Made by a program: the position numbers and the translations under genes. Below the pieces are notes generated by a model that saw only the letters and a list, made by a program, of their open reading frames with translations, was not told where the DNA came from and ran no database searches. From a virus (lineage: Duplodnaviria; Heunggongvirae; Uroviricota; Caudoviricetes): DNA of 28,063 nt. The stretch is taken from positions 1 to 28,063 of the IMG/VR virus record IMGVR_UViG_651053023_000002; one strand, 5' to 3'. This document shows positions 7,419 to 17,055 of this stretch, one piece after another (the first letter of the stretch is position 1; each line of letters begins with the position of its first letter).

Positions 7419-8348
7419 ATGGCAAACACTGCTGAGATATTCAATTTTCCAGTGCCGGATGCGGCACAAAAGGAGCCGCGCGTGGCAGATCTCGATGATG
7501 GTTATACGCGCATTGCAAATGAGTTGCTGGAAGCTGTGATGCTGGCCGGATTAACACAGCACCAGCTTCTGGTCTTCCTGGCTGTCATGCGCAAAACATA
7601 TGGCTTTAATAAAAGACTGGATTGGGTGAGCAACGAGCAACTTTCCGAATTGACCGGGATATTGCCGCACAAGTGTTCTGCTGCAAAAAGCGTTCTGGTA
7701 AAGCGTGGGATTCTTATTCAGAGCGGGCGAAATATCGGCATTAATAATGTGGTCAGTGAATGGTCAACATTACCCGAATCAGGTAAGAAAAATAAAGTTT
7801 ACCTGAAAGAGGTAAATTTACCTGAATCAGGTAAGAAAAGTTTACCCAAATCAGGTAAAGGCGTTTACCCGAATCAGGTAAACACAAAAGACAAACTAAC
7901 AAAAGACAATATAAAACCTTTTTCGTCCGAGAATTCTGGCGAATCCTCTGACCAGCCAGAAAACGACCTTCCTGTGGTGAAACCGGATGCTGCAATTCAG
8001 AGTGGCAGCAAGTGGGGGACAGCAGAAGACCTGACCGCCGCAGAGTGGATGTTTGACATGGTGAAGACCATCGCGCCATCAGCCAGAAAACCGAATTTTG
8101 CAGGGTGGGCTAACGATATCCGCCTGATGCGTGAACGTGACGGACGTAACCACCGCGACATGTGCGTGCTGTTCCGCTGGGCATGCCAGGACAACTTCTG
8201 GTCCGGTAACGTGCTGAGTCCGGCCAAACTCCGCGACAAGTGGACCCAGCTCGAAATCAACCGAAACAAGCAACAGGCTGGCGTGACAGCCGGCAAACCA
8301 AAACTCGACCTGACGAACACTGACTGGATTTACGGGGTGGATTTATGA
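7419..8348 (+). CDS. O: Replication initiator O (lambda O family), about 309 aa; six-frame ORF starts earlier at 7329
   Basis: N-terminal domain with VADLDDGY...LLVFLAVMRKTYGFNK matches lambda O. Iteron-encoded linker. GGGAGG SD before ATG at 7419. Overlaps P by ATGA. Confidence 0.85.
   Translation: MANTAEIFNFPVPDAAQKEPRVADLDDGYTRIANELLEAVMLAGLTQHQLLVFLAVMRKTYGFNKRLDWVSNEQLSELTGILPHKCSAAKSVLVKRGILIQSGRNIGINNVVSEWSTLPESGKKNKVYLKEVNLPESGKKSLPKSGKGVYPNQVNTKDKLTKDNIKPFSSENSGESSDQPENDLPVVKPDAAIQSGSKWGTAEDLTAAEWMFDMVKTIAPSARKPNFAGWANDIRLMRERDGRNHRDMCVLFRWACQDNFWSGNVLSPAKLRDKWTQLEINRNKQQAGVTAGKPKLDLTNTDWIYGVDL
7770..7882. repeat. Origin of replication: five ~17-bp iterons (TTACCYRAATCAGGTAA, one variant TTACCTGAAAGAGGTAA) inside the O gene, followed by an AT-rich tract to about 7925
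   Basis: Five tandem near-palindromic repeats at about 19-23 bp spacing, then cacaaaagacaaactaacaaaagacaatataaaacc. Same architecture as lambda ori. Confidence 0.8.
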
Positions 8349-9046
8349 AAAACATCGCCGCACAGATGGTTAACTTTGACCGTGAGCAGATGCGCCGGAT
8401 CGCCAACAATATGCCGGAACAGTACGACGAAAAGCCGCAGGTACAGCAGGTAGCGCAGATCATCAACGGTGTGTTCAGCCAGTTACTGGCAACTTTCCCG
8501 GCGAGCCTGGCTAACCGTGACCAGAATGAACTGAACGAAATCCGCCGCCAGTGGGTTCTGGCTTTCCGGGAAAACGGGATCACCACAATGGAACAGGTTA
8601 ACGCTGGAATGCGCGTAGCCCGTCGGCAGAATCGACCATTCCTGCCATCACCCGGGCAGTTTGTCGCCTGGTGCCGGGAAGAAGCATCTGTTAACGCCGG
8701 GCTGCCAAACGTCAGCGAGCTGGTTGATATGGTTTACGAGTATTGCCGGAAGCGTGGCCTGTATCCGGATGCAGAGTCTTATCCGTGGAAATCGAACGCG
8801 CATTACTGGTTGGTTACCAACTTGTACCAGAACATGCGGGCCAATGCGCTGGCTGACGCGGAATTACGGCGCAAGGCTGCCGATGAACTGACCTGTATGA
8901 CAGCGCGAATTAACCGTGGTGAGACGATACCTGAACCAGTAAAACAACTTCCTGTTATGGGCGGTAGACCTCTAAATCGTGCACAGGCTCTGGCGAAGAT
9001 CGCAGAAATTAAAGCTAAGTTCGGACTGAAAGGAGCAAGTGTATGA
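8345..9046 (+). CDS. P: Replication protein P (DnaB loader), lambda P, 233 aa
   Basis: Near-identical to lambda P as recalled (MKNIAAQMVNFDREQMRRIANNMPEQYDEKPQVQQ...KFGLKGASV). Confidence 0.9.
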   Translation: MKNIAAQMVNFDREQMRRIANNMPEQYDEKPQVQQVAQIINGVFSQLLATFPASLANRDQNELNEIRRQWVLAFRENGITTMEQVNAGMRVARRQNRPFLPSPGQFVAWCREEASVNAGLPNVSELVDMVYEYCRKRGLYPDAESYPWKSNAHYWLVTNLYQNMRANALADAELRRKAADELTCMTARINRGETIPEPVKQLPVMGGRPLNRAQALAKIAEIKAKFGLKGASV

Positions 9047-9345
9047 CGGGCAAAGAGGCAATTATTCATTACCTGGGGACGCATAAGAGCTTCTGTGCAC
9101 AGGACGTTGCCGCGGTAACAGGCGCAACCGTAACCAGCATAAATCAGGCTGCGGCTAAAATGGCGCGGGCAGGAATCCTGGTCGTTGATGGTAAGGTCTG
9201 GCGAACGGTGTATTACCGGTTCGCTACCAGAGAAGAATGGGAAGGAAAGGTGAGCACGAATCTGATTTTTAAGGAGTGTCGCCAGAGTGCCGCGATGAAA
9301 CGGGTATTGAGGGTATATAAAAGAACATCAATGGGAACACAATGA
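9043..9345 (+). CDS. ren: Ren (Rex exclusion resistance) protein, lambda ren-like, 100 aa
   Basis: MTGKEAIIHYLGTHKSFCAQDVAAVTGATVTSINQAAAKMARAGILV... matches lambda Ren. Confidence 0.85.
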   Translation: MTGKEAIIHYLGTHKSFCAQDVAAVTGATVTSINQAAAKMARAGILVVDGKVWRTVYYRFATREEWEGKVSTNLIFKECRQSAAMKRVLRVYKRTSMGTQ

Positions 9346-9412
9346 TGAAACAGGTGAGTTGAGTTCAAACTGTAGTACAATTCTCTCCAGTTTGAACAGG
9401 AAAGAATATGCT

Positions 9413-9745
9413 ATGAACCCTTATATTTATCTTGGTGGTGCAATACTTGCAGAGGTCATTGGTACAACCTTAATGAAGTTTTCAGAAGGTTTTACACGGT
9501 TATGGCCATCTGTTGGTACAATTATTTGTTATTGTGCATCATTCTGGTTATTAGCTCAGACGCTGGCTTATATTCCTACAGGGATTGCTTATGCTATCTG
9601 GTCAGGAGTCGGTATTGTCCTGATTAGCTTACTGTCATGGGGATTTTTCGGCCAACGGCTGGACCTGCCAGCCATTATAGGCATGATGTTGATTTGTGCC
9701 GGTGTGTTGATTATTAATTTATTGTCACGAAGCACACCACATTAA
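9413..9745 (+). CDS. emrE: Small multidrug resistance efflux transporter EmrE (110 aa)
   Basis: MNPYIYLGGAILAEVIGTTLMKFSEGFTRLWPSVGTIICYCASFWLLAQTLAYIPTGIAYAIWSGVGIVLISLLSWGFFGQRLDLPAIIGMMLICAGVLIINLLSRSTPH matches E. coli EmrE, including Glu14. The six-frame ORF has an 18-codon upstream extension. Confidence 0.95.
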   Translation: MNPYIYLGGAILAEVIGTTLMKFSEGFTRLWPSVGTIICYCASFWLLAQTLAYIPTGIAYAIWSGVGIVLISLLSWGFFGQRLDLPAIIGMMLICAGVLIINLLSRSTPH

Positions 9746-9775
9746 AATAATTTGTTTCTAAACGACTAAAATATG

Positions 9776-9808
9776 GAGGCTCTTATATTTATATGAGCCT
9801 CGTTTTAT
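9776..9808 (+). terminator. Rho-independent terminator after emrE
   Basis: Hairpin GAGGCTC-ttatatttatat-GAGCCTC followed by GTTTTATGCTTTTT. Confidence 0.6.
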
Positions 9809-9999
9809 GCTTTTTGTTAATGTCTTTATTTTTTATGTATTCTTTTGTGCTTTCAAGATTATGGCGTAAGAAAATTGCAATACGATTATTGTTGTATATT
9901 CAAGATAATGTGACCTTAATTGTCTTTTTAAATAAAAAATAAACAAAAATTATATCCCACCACTAAGGTTTATAAAAGCATACGTTAGCAGGTGTCACC

Positions 10000-10569
10000 A
10001 TGAAAAAAGCCATAGCATATATGCGATTTTCATCACCAGGTCAGATGTCTGGCGACTCATTAAACCGACAGAGAAGACTTATTGCTGAATGGTTAAAGGT
10101 AAATAGTGATTATTATCTTGATACCATAACATATGAAGATTTAGGATTAAGTGCATTCAAAGGAAAGCATGCACAATCAGGAGCTTTTTCGGAATTTTTA
10201 GATGCTATAGAGCATGGTTATATATTGCCAGGAACTACATTGTTAGTTGAAAGTCTGGACAGACTTTCAAGAGAAAAAGTCGGTGAAGCGATTGAACGTC
10301 TGAAATTGATTTTGAATCACGGTATTGATGTTATAACTCTTTGCGACAATACAGTCTATAATATTGGCTCTTTGAATGAGCCATATTCATTAATAAAAGC
10401 CATACTTATAGCACAAAGGGCAAATGAAGAAAGCGAGATAAAGTCAAGTCGGGTTAAATTATCATGGAAGAAAAAACGGCAGGATGCACTGGAATCAGGT
10501 ACGATTATGACGGCGTCTTGTCCGAGATGGCTCTCCTTAGATGACAAAAGAACGGCTTTTGTTCCAGAC
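10000..10569 (+). pseudogene. ybcK: ybcK (serine recombinase, resolvase-type N-terminal domain), 5' part, interrupted by IS2
   Basis: N-terminus MKKAIAYMRFSSPGQ... fits a resolvase catalytic domain with Ser nucleophile context. The reading frame runs into the IS2 terminus at 10570. Confidence 0.8.
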
Positions 10570-10580
10570 TGGATTTGCCC

Positions 10581-11486
10581 CTATATTTCCAGACATCTGT
10601 TATCACTTAACCCATTACAGGCCCGCTGCCGCAGATATTCCCGTGGCGAGCGATAACCCAGCGCACTATGCGGATGCCATTCGTTATAATGCTCGAACGC
10701 CTCTGCAAGGTTCTTTGCTGCCGTTAACCCGTCTGGTTTGGGCATGATACTGATGTAGTCACGCTTTATCGTTTTCACGAAGCTCTCTGCTATTCCGTTA
10801 CTCTCCGGACTCCGCACCGCCGTGTTCTTCGGTTCAAGTCCCAACATCCGGGCGAACTGGCGTGTTTCATTAGCCCGGTAGCATGAACCATTATCCGTCA
10901 GCCACTCCACTGGAGACGACGGAAGATCGTTGCCGAAGCGGCGTTCCACCGCTCCCAGCATGACGTCCTGTACTGTTTCACTGTTGAAGCCGCCGGTAGT
11001 GACCGCCCAGTGCAGTGCCTCACGATCACAGCAGTCCAGCGCGAACGTGACACGCAGTCTCTCTCCGTTATCACAGCAGAACTCGAACCCGTCAGAGCAC
11101 CATCGCTGATTGCTTTCTTTCACGGCCACTCTGCCTGTATGTGCCCGTTTCGATGGCGGTACAGCAGGTTTTCGCTCAAGCAACAGCGCATTCTGGCGCA
11201 TGATCCGGTAAACACGTTTGGCATTGATCGCAGGCATACCATCAAGTTCTGCCTGTCTGCGAAGCAGCGCCCATACCCGACGATAACCATACGTTGGCAG
11301 CTCTCCGATAACATGGTGTATACGGAGAAGCACATCCGTATCATCAGTGTGACGACTGCGGCGGCCATCCATCCAGTCATCGGTTCGTCTGAGAATGACG
11401 TGCAACTGCGCACGCGACACCCGGAGACAACGGCTGACTAAGCTTACTCCCCATCCCCGGGCAATAAGGGCGCGTGCGCTATCCAC
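10581..11486 (-). CDS. insD: IS2 transposase InsD (OrfB), 301 aa
   Basis: [34 protein letters not shown]... with DDE integrase core. Matches IS2 InsD. Confidence 0.9.
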
Positions 11487-11809
11487 TTTTTTGCCCGTCC
11501 ATATTCAACGGCTTCTTTGAGGAGTTCATTTTCCATCGTTTTCTTGCCGAGCAGGCGCTGGAGTTCTTTAATCTGCTTCATGGCGGCAGCAAGTTCAGAG
11601 GCAGGAACAACCTGTTCTCCGGCGGCGACAGCAGTAAGACTTCCTTCCTGGTATTGCTTACGCCAGAGAAATAACTGGCTGGCTGCTACACCATGTTGCC
11701 GGGCAACGAGGGAGACCGTCATCCCCGGTTCAAAGCTCTGCTGAACAATTGCGATCTTTTCCTGTGTGGTACGCCGTCTGCGTTTCTCCGGCCCTAAGAC
11801 ATCAATCAT
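11444..11809 (-). CDS. insC: IS2 transposase InsC (OrfA), 121 aa
   Basis: [53 protein letters not shown]... Overlaps insD in the frameshift window. Confidence 0.85.
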
Positions 11810-11905
11810 CTGTTCTCCAATGACTAGTCTAAAAACTAGTATTAAGACTATCACTTATTTAAGTGATACTGGTTGTCTGGAGATTCAGGGGGCCAGTCTA
11901 CAGAC

Positions 11906-12862
11906 CCCGACAGGGTGAAAACTATTGAGCTAATTTTTAAACTCAGGATGGAAAGGCGCTCATTGAATGCAATAGCCAAGTATTTAAATGATCATGCTGT
12001 AAAGAATTTCTCAGGAAAAGAAAGTGCATGGGGACCTTCTGTAATTGAAAAATTATTAGCGAATAAAGCTCTGATAGGTATTTGCGTACCTTCATATCGT
12101 GCAAGAGGGAAAGGGATAAGTGAAATCGCTGGCTATTATCCCAGAGTCATATCAGATGATTTGTTTTACGCTGTACAGGAAATTCGGTTGGCACCTTTTG
12201 GTATTAGCAATAGTAGCAAGAATCCTATGCTAATAAATCTACTTCGAACAGTTATGAAGTGTGAGGCTTGTGGTAATACCATGATTGTTCATGCGGTATC
12301 TGGAAGTTTGCATGGCTATTATGTTTGTCCGATGAGAAGATTACATCGATGTGACAGGCCATCAATAAAAAGAGATTTGGTTGATTATAATATCATTAAT
12401 GAATTGCTTTTTAATTGTAGCAAAATTCAACCAGTTGAAAACAAGAAAGATGCTAATGAAACTTTAGAGTTAAAAATTATTGAGCTTCAGATGAAAATTA
12501 ATAATTTAATCGTTGCATTGTCTGTCGCGCCTGAAGTTACCGCTATAGCAGAGAAAATAAGACTATTAGATAAGGAATTACGAAGGGCTTCGGTATCATT
12601 GAAAACTTTGAAGAGTAAAGGTGTAAATTCATTCAGTGATTTTTATGCTATTGACTTAACCAGTAAAAATGGACGAGAGTTATGCCGTACACTTGCCTAT
12701 AAAACATTCGAAAAAATCATAATTAATACGGATAATAAAACCTGTGATATCTATTTTATGAATGGCATTGTTTTTAAACACTATCCTTTAATGAAAGTAA
12801 TATCCGCCCAGCAGGCGATAAGTGCTCTCAAATATATGGTTGATGGTGAGATTTATTTCTAA
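11906..12862 (+). pseudogene. ybcK: ybcK, 3' part (recombinase C-terminal region)
   Basis: Frame is continuous with 10000..10569 once IS2 and one CAGAC copy are removed. Restored product is 508 aa. Cys-rich segment CEACGNTMIVH...YYVCPMRRLHRCDRP suggests a zinc-ribbon recombinase domain. Confidence 0.8.
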
Positions 12863-13326
12863 ATAATGATCTCGGATTTTAAGTTATGCTATGGTGATAA
12901 AGTGCAAGACAGAATTAATTATCTTTGACGAAACTTAATGGGTAATTACTTTGTTTGCTCCCACAAGCGAGTTTTGTACGGCTGTATTGGGGTAGTAAAT
13001 GAGCTATACAATCTTAATCATTTGTTAGGTGAGAACTCTTGGTCGCAGATTCAAATACTGAAAATACGTGACAAATTATTATGAGCAAAATGGTGTATGT
13101 CACGTATTTTGAATGGTAGGTTAAAAAATAACACCGACTTTCGTAGGTGTTACTAATAATAAAGCAGAGTTTTTAGATAGTATCAATGTGCTTTGTGTAT
13201 ATTGTGGCAAATAATTGGGTTGGGGGTACAATTGTGATTGCTTTTGCATGAACATTGCGCCTTTATGCATAATGAGATAAAGGAATATCAAATAAAATAA
13301 CGATAGGTCATAACAAAGAGGTTTTT

Positions 13327-13878
13327 ATGAAAACACTTATCGTTTCAACTGTATTGGCATTCATAACATTTTCTGCGCAGGCTGCAGCATTTCAGGTCAC
13401 TAGTAATGAAATAAAAACAGGAGAGCAACTTACAACGTCTCATGTCTTTTCTGGATTTGGGTGTGAAGGTGGTAATACATCGCCCTCATTAACCTGGTCT
13501 GGTGTTCCTGAAGGTACCAAAAGCTTTGCCGTAACTGTATATGATCCAGATGCACCTACAGGCAGTGGTTGGTGGCATTGGACTGTTGTTAATATTCCAG
13601 CAACAGTAACATATTTGCCCGTTGATGCAGGGAGACGTGATGGAACAAAACTGCCGACTGGTGCTGTTCAAGGCCGAAATGATTTTGGCTATGCTGGGTT
13701 TGGTGGCGCATGTCCTCCTAAAGGAGATAAACCACATCATTACCAGTTTAAAGTATGGGCTCTAAAAACTGAAAAGATTCCTGTAGATTCTAACTCCAGC
13801 GGAGCGTTAGTTGGTTATATGCTTAATGCTAATAAAATCGCAACCGCTGAGATAACACCAGTTTATGAGATAAAGTAG
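13327..13878 (+). CDS. ybcL: Periplasmic PEBP/RKIP-family protein YbcL (183 aa)
   Basis: Signal peptide MKTLIVSTVLAFITFSAQA. PEBP motifs (YDPDAP, GWWHW, HHYQFKVWAL). Matches DLP12 YbcL. Confidence 0.85.
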   Translation: MKTLIVSTVLAFITFSAQAAAFQVTSNEIKTGEQLTTSHVFSGFGCEGGNTSPSLTWSGVPEGTKSFAVTVYDPDAPTGSGWWHWTVVNIPATVTYLPVDAGRRDGTKLPTGAVQGRNDFGYAGFGGACPPKGDKPHHYQFKVWALKTEKIPVDSNSSGALVGYMLNANKIATAEITPVYEIK

Positions 13879-13887
13879 GGTGAGAGT

Positions 13888-14685
13888 ATGCTGGCAAGAG
13901 GTAAGACTAACTTAAAGATCGAAGAAATACGGATGCATAAACATCATGAGATTCATAGGGTTAAGCCTCTTATGCCAGCTTTGTGTCGTATCCGTCAGGG
14001 AAAGAAAGTTATCAATTGGGAGACGCATACTTTAACTGTTGATAATAATCAAATAATATTATTTCCTTGTGGTTATGAATTTTATATTGAGAATTATCCT
14101 GAAGCAGGGCTTTATCTTGCAGAAATGCTTTACTTACCCATTGATTTAATTGAGAGTTTCCAAAAACTTTATACGGTAACTGATCAAATACGTAACAAAA
14201 CAAGTTTCTTTTTACCTCAGAATCCTGAGTTAATATATTGTTGGGAGCAACTAAAAACATCTGTTTCCCGAGGCTTCTCAACTAAAATTCAGGAGCACTT
14301 AGCAATGGGCGTTCTACTTTCGTTAGGAGTGAATCATGTTAATCATTTACTTTTATCATATAGTAAACAATCATTGATAAGTCGTTGTTATAACCTGCTG
14401 CTATCCGAACCCGGCACAAAATGGACAGCAAACAAGGTTGCTCGATATCTCTACATTTCTGTTTCTACATTACATCGCCGTCTAGCAAGCGAGGGGGTAA
14501 GTTTCCAAAGTATACTGGACGATGTGAGGTTAAATAATGCGTTGTCTGCTATACAAACGACGGTAAAACCTATAAGCGAGATTGCCAGAGAAAATGGTTA
14601 TAAGTGTCCTTCTCGTTTTACTGAAAGATTTCATAATCGTTTTAATATAACACCAAGAGAGATAAGAAAAGCTTCCAGAGAGTAA
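13888..14685 (+). CDS. ybcM: AraC-family transcriptional regulator YbcM (265 aa)
   Basis: C-terminal AraC HTH ([25 protein letters not shown]...[32 protein letters not shown]). Confidence 0.85.
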
Positions 14686-14801
14686 AAGTGTTTTAAGAAG
14701 GAGCAATTCTATCGATTTTGATTTTGGGAAATCAACACGGCATAATTATGTCACCGGAGCCTGAACAACTCCGGTGACTTCTGCGCTAAACGGGGACGTT
14801 T

Positions 14802-14903
14802 ATGCGCACATACAATCCAAACTCTCTTCTCCCTTCACAGATGCAGAAATGCACCTGCAATTCTTTGCATCTAGCGTTTGACCTCTGCGGAGGGGAAGCG
14901 TGA
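14802..14903 (+). CDS. ylcH: Small protein YlcH-like (33 aa)
   Basis: ATG with [36 protein letters not shown], ending in overlap with the ybcN GTG start. Position matches DLP12 ylcH. Confidence 0.45.
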
Positions 14904-15355
14904 ACCTCTCACAAGACGGCATCAAATTACATCGCGGCAACTTCACCGCTATCGGTCGGCAGATCCAGCCTTATCTGGAGGAGGGCAAATGCTTTCGCAT
15001 GGTGCTTAAACCGTGGCGTGAGAAACGCAGTCTTTCCCAGAATGCACTCAGCCACATGTGGTACAGCGAAATCAGTGAATACCTCATCAGCAGGGGTAAA
15101 ACGTTCGCCACTCCAGCTTGGGTAAAAGATGCTCTCAAACACACATATCTCGGTTATGAAACCAAAGACCTGGTTGATGTCGTAACCGGTGATATCACCA
15201 CTATCCAGTCGTTACGCCATACCTCCGATCTTGATACCGGAGAGATGTATGTCTTCCTGTGTAAGGTTGAAGCCTGGGCGATGAATATTGGTTGCCACCT
15301 GACTATTCCACAGAGCTGCGAGTTCCAGCTGCTGCGCGACAAGCAGGAGGCGTAA
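14900..15355 (+). CDS. ybcN: YbcN (DLP12 nin-region protein), 151 aa
   Basis: [30 protein letters not shown]... GTG start. TAATG overlap with ninE. Confidence 0.8.
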
Positions 15356-15525
15356 TGGCTACACCGCTTATTCGTGTCATGAACGGACACATCTACAGAG
15401 TACCAAATCGTCGTAAGCGTAAACCTGAGCTGAAGCCATCCGAAATACCAACACTGCTCGGATATACCGCCAGCTTGGTTGATAAAAAATGGTTGCGACT
15501 GGCAGCAAGGAGGAGTCATGGCTGA
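15355..15525 (+). CDS. ninE: NinE (56 aa)
   Basis: [56 protein letters not shown] matches lambdoid NinE. The six-frame ORF is extended upstream. Confidence 0.8.
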   Translation: MATPLIRVMNGHIYRVPNRRKRKPELKPSEIPTLLGYTASLVDKKWLRLAARRSHG

Positions 15526-15808
15526 TTTGAGAAAAGCAGCGCGTGGTCGGGAATGCCAGGTAAGAATCCCTGGCGTATGTAATGGCAACCCTGAAACGTC
15601 TGTACTGGCACATATCCGGCTGACTGGATTGTGCGGCACCGGTACGAAACCGCCAGACCTGATTGCCACCATTGCATGTTCTGCCTGCCACGACGAAATC
15701 GACCGCCGCACGCATTTTGTTGACGCTGGATATGCAAAAGAATGCGCGCTGGAAGGTATGGCGAGAACACAGGTTATCTGGCTGAAAGAGGGGGTTATTA
15801 AGGCGTGA
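15518..15808 (+). CDS. ybcO: YbcO (nin-region Cys-rich putative nuclease), 96 aa
   Basis: [34 protein letters not shown]...[11 protein letters not shown]. Start taken at the internal ATG after AGGAG. Confidence 0.75.
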   Translation: MADLRKAARGRECQVRIPGVCNGNPETSVLAHIRLTGLCGTGTKPPDLIATIACSACHDEIDRRTHFVDAGYAKECALEGMARTQVIWLKEGVIKA

Positions 15809-16167
15809 ATACCTACAGCATCACATTACCCTGGCCTCCGAGCAATAATCGCTATTACCGCCATAATCGCGGGCGCACGCACGTCAGCGCAGAGGGGCAG
15901 GCATACCGCGATAACGTCGCCCGAATCATTAAAAACGCAATGCTGGATATCGGCCTGGCTATGCCTGTGAAAATCCGCATTGAGTGCCACATGCCGGATC
16001 GCCGTCGCCGTGACCTGGATAATCTGCAAAAAGCCGCTTTTGACGCACTCACTAAAGCAGGTTTCTGGCTGGATGATGCTCAGGTCGTTGATTACCGCGT
16101 TGTGAAGATGCCTGTTACCAAAGGTGGGAGGCTGGAACTGACCATCACCGAAATGGGGAATGAATGA
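15805..16167 (+). CDS. rusA: Holliday-junction resolvase RusA (120 aa)
   Basis: [36 protein letters not shown]...[28 protein letters not shown] matches E. coli RusA. Confidence 0.9.
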   Translation: MNTYSITLPWPPSNNRYYRHNRGRTHVSAEGQAYRDNVARIIKNAMLDIGLAMPVKIRIECHMPDRRRRDLDNLQKAAFDALTKAGFWLDDAQVVDYRVVKMPVTKGGRLELTITEMGNE

Positions 16168-16304
16168 TGTTTGAGTTTAATATGGCAGAACTTCTTCGCC
16201 ACCGCTGGGGGCGTCTGCGCTTATATCGTTTCCCCGGTTCTGTTTTGACCGATTACCGAATACTGAAGAATTACGCCAAAACCCTGACAGGAGCAGGAGT
16301 ATGA
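16164..16304 (+). CDS. ylcG: Small protein YlcG-like (46 aa)
   Basis: [50 protein letters not shown] overlap with rusA. Confidence 0.5.
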   Translation: MMFEFNMAELLRHRWGRLRLYRFPGSVLTDYRILKNYAKTLTGAGV

Positions 16305-16389
16305 AGTCAGAGATAACAATCAACTAATACTGTTTTGTTGATTTTTGCTTGTAATTGGCGTTCTGGTCTGATTTTTGTGGAGTAAGTTG

Positions 16390-16773
16390 ATGCGTGATAT
16401 TCAGATGGTTCTTGAGCGTTGGGGAGCGTGGGCGGCTAATAATCATGAAGATGTGACCTGGTCGTCCATTGCCGCCGGTTTTAAGGGATTAATTACTTCA
16501 AAAGTAAAATCTCGCCCGCAATGTTGTGACGATGACGCGATGATCATTTGCGGGTGCATGGCCCGTCTGAAAAAGAACAACAGCGATTTGCACGATTTAT
16601 TAGTAGATTATTATGTAGTCGGTATGACATTCATGTCACTGGCAGGTAAGCATTGCTGCTCTGATGGTTATATCGGGAAAAGGTTACAGAAGGCTGAGGG
16701 CATAATTGAAGGGATGTTAATGGCATTAGATATCCGGTTAGAGATGGATATCGTTGTTAATAACTCTAATTAA
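16390..16773 (+). CDS. quuD: Late-gene antiterminator Q homologue QuuD (127 aa)
   Basis: [22 protein letters not shown]...Cys-rich ([19 protein letters not shown]...HCCSDG). Located after the nin region and before the lysis cassette. Confidence 0.8.
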   Translation: MRDIQMVLERWGAWAANNHEDVTWSSIAAGFKGLITSKVKSRPQCCDDDAMIICGCMARLKKNNSDLHDLLVDYYVVGMTFMSLAGKHCCSDGYIGKRLQKAEGIIEGMLMALDIRLEMDIVVNNSN

Positions 16774-16785
16774 TATGCCAATTGT

Positions 16786-16824
16786 TTACTAAAAATTATT
16801 AAAAATGGGGCGTTGAGACGCCCC
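16786..16824 (-). terminator. Rho-independent terminator for the nmpC transcript
   Basis: Hairpin GGGGCGTTGAGACGCCCC (16807-16824), followed on the minus transcript by AUUUUUAAUAAUUUUU. Confidence 0.6.
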
Positions 16825-16912
16825 CAAAAATAAAGGGTAATATATAACAGAAGGTTTATATAGTTAGAAGCAAGGTTGTGCTTCTAAAGGAAGTGGCTTG
16901 AGGGAGCCACTT

Positions 16913-16952
16913 ATATGTTGGGGAGGCAACGCCTCCCGCAACATATCTTTTT
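16913..16952 (+). terminator. Rho-independent terminator on the plus strand, downstream of quuD
   Basis: Hairpin ATATGTTG-GGGAGGCaacgCCTCCC-gCAACATAT followed by CTTTTTCG. Confidence 0.55.
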
Positions 16953-16962
16953 CGTAATCAGA

Positions 16963-17001
16963 TTAGAACTGGTAAACCAGACCTACAGCAACGATGTCAT
17001 C
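16963..17001 (-). pseudogene. nmpC: nmpC porin, 3' terminal fragment (last 12 codons plus stop) separated by IS copy 2
   Basis: Encodes DDIVAVGLVYQF-stop, the canonical porin C-terminal beta-strand ending in Phe. Confidence 0.85.
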
Positions 17002-17055
17002 TGAACCGCCCCGGAAATCCTGGAGACTAAACTCCCTGAGAAAGAGGTAAACAGG

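Larger units (their letters stand above)
10570..11900 (-). mobile_element. IS2 insertion sequence (1331 bp)
   Basis: Termini TGGATTTGCCCCTATATTTCCAGACA (right) and TAGACTGGCCCCCTGAATCTCCAGACAACC (left, on minus). Encodes InsC and InsD. Flanked by 5-bp direct repeat CAGAC (10565-10569 and 11901-11905). Confidence 0.9.

Noticed and set aside
7770-7882. Regularly spaced repeats that could be taken for a small CRISPR array
   Set aside because: The repeats are only about 17 bp, lie inside the O coding sequence, encode its linker and are followed by an AT-rich tract. That is ori iteron architecture. There are no spacers or cas genes.
9359-9412. Guanidine-II (mini-ykkC) riboswitch upstream of emrE
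   Set aside because: Only one hairpin is present and its loop lacks the ACGR tetraloop motif. Kept as a generic inverted repeat in the findings.
15154-15711. 185-aa and 112-aa minus-strand ORFs spanning ybcN, ninE and ybcO
   Set aside because: Antisense to three compact, overlapping, well-recognised nin-region genes. No SD and no recognisable domain.
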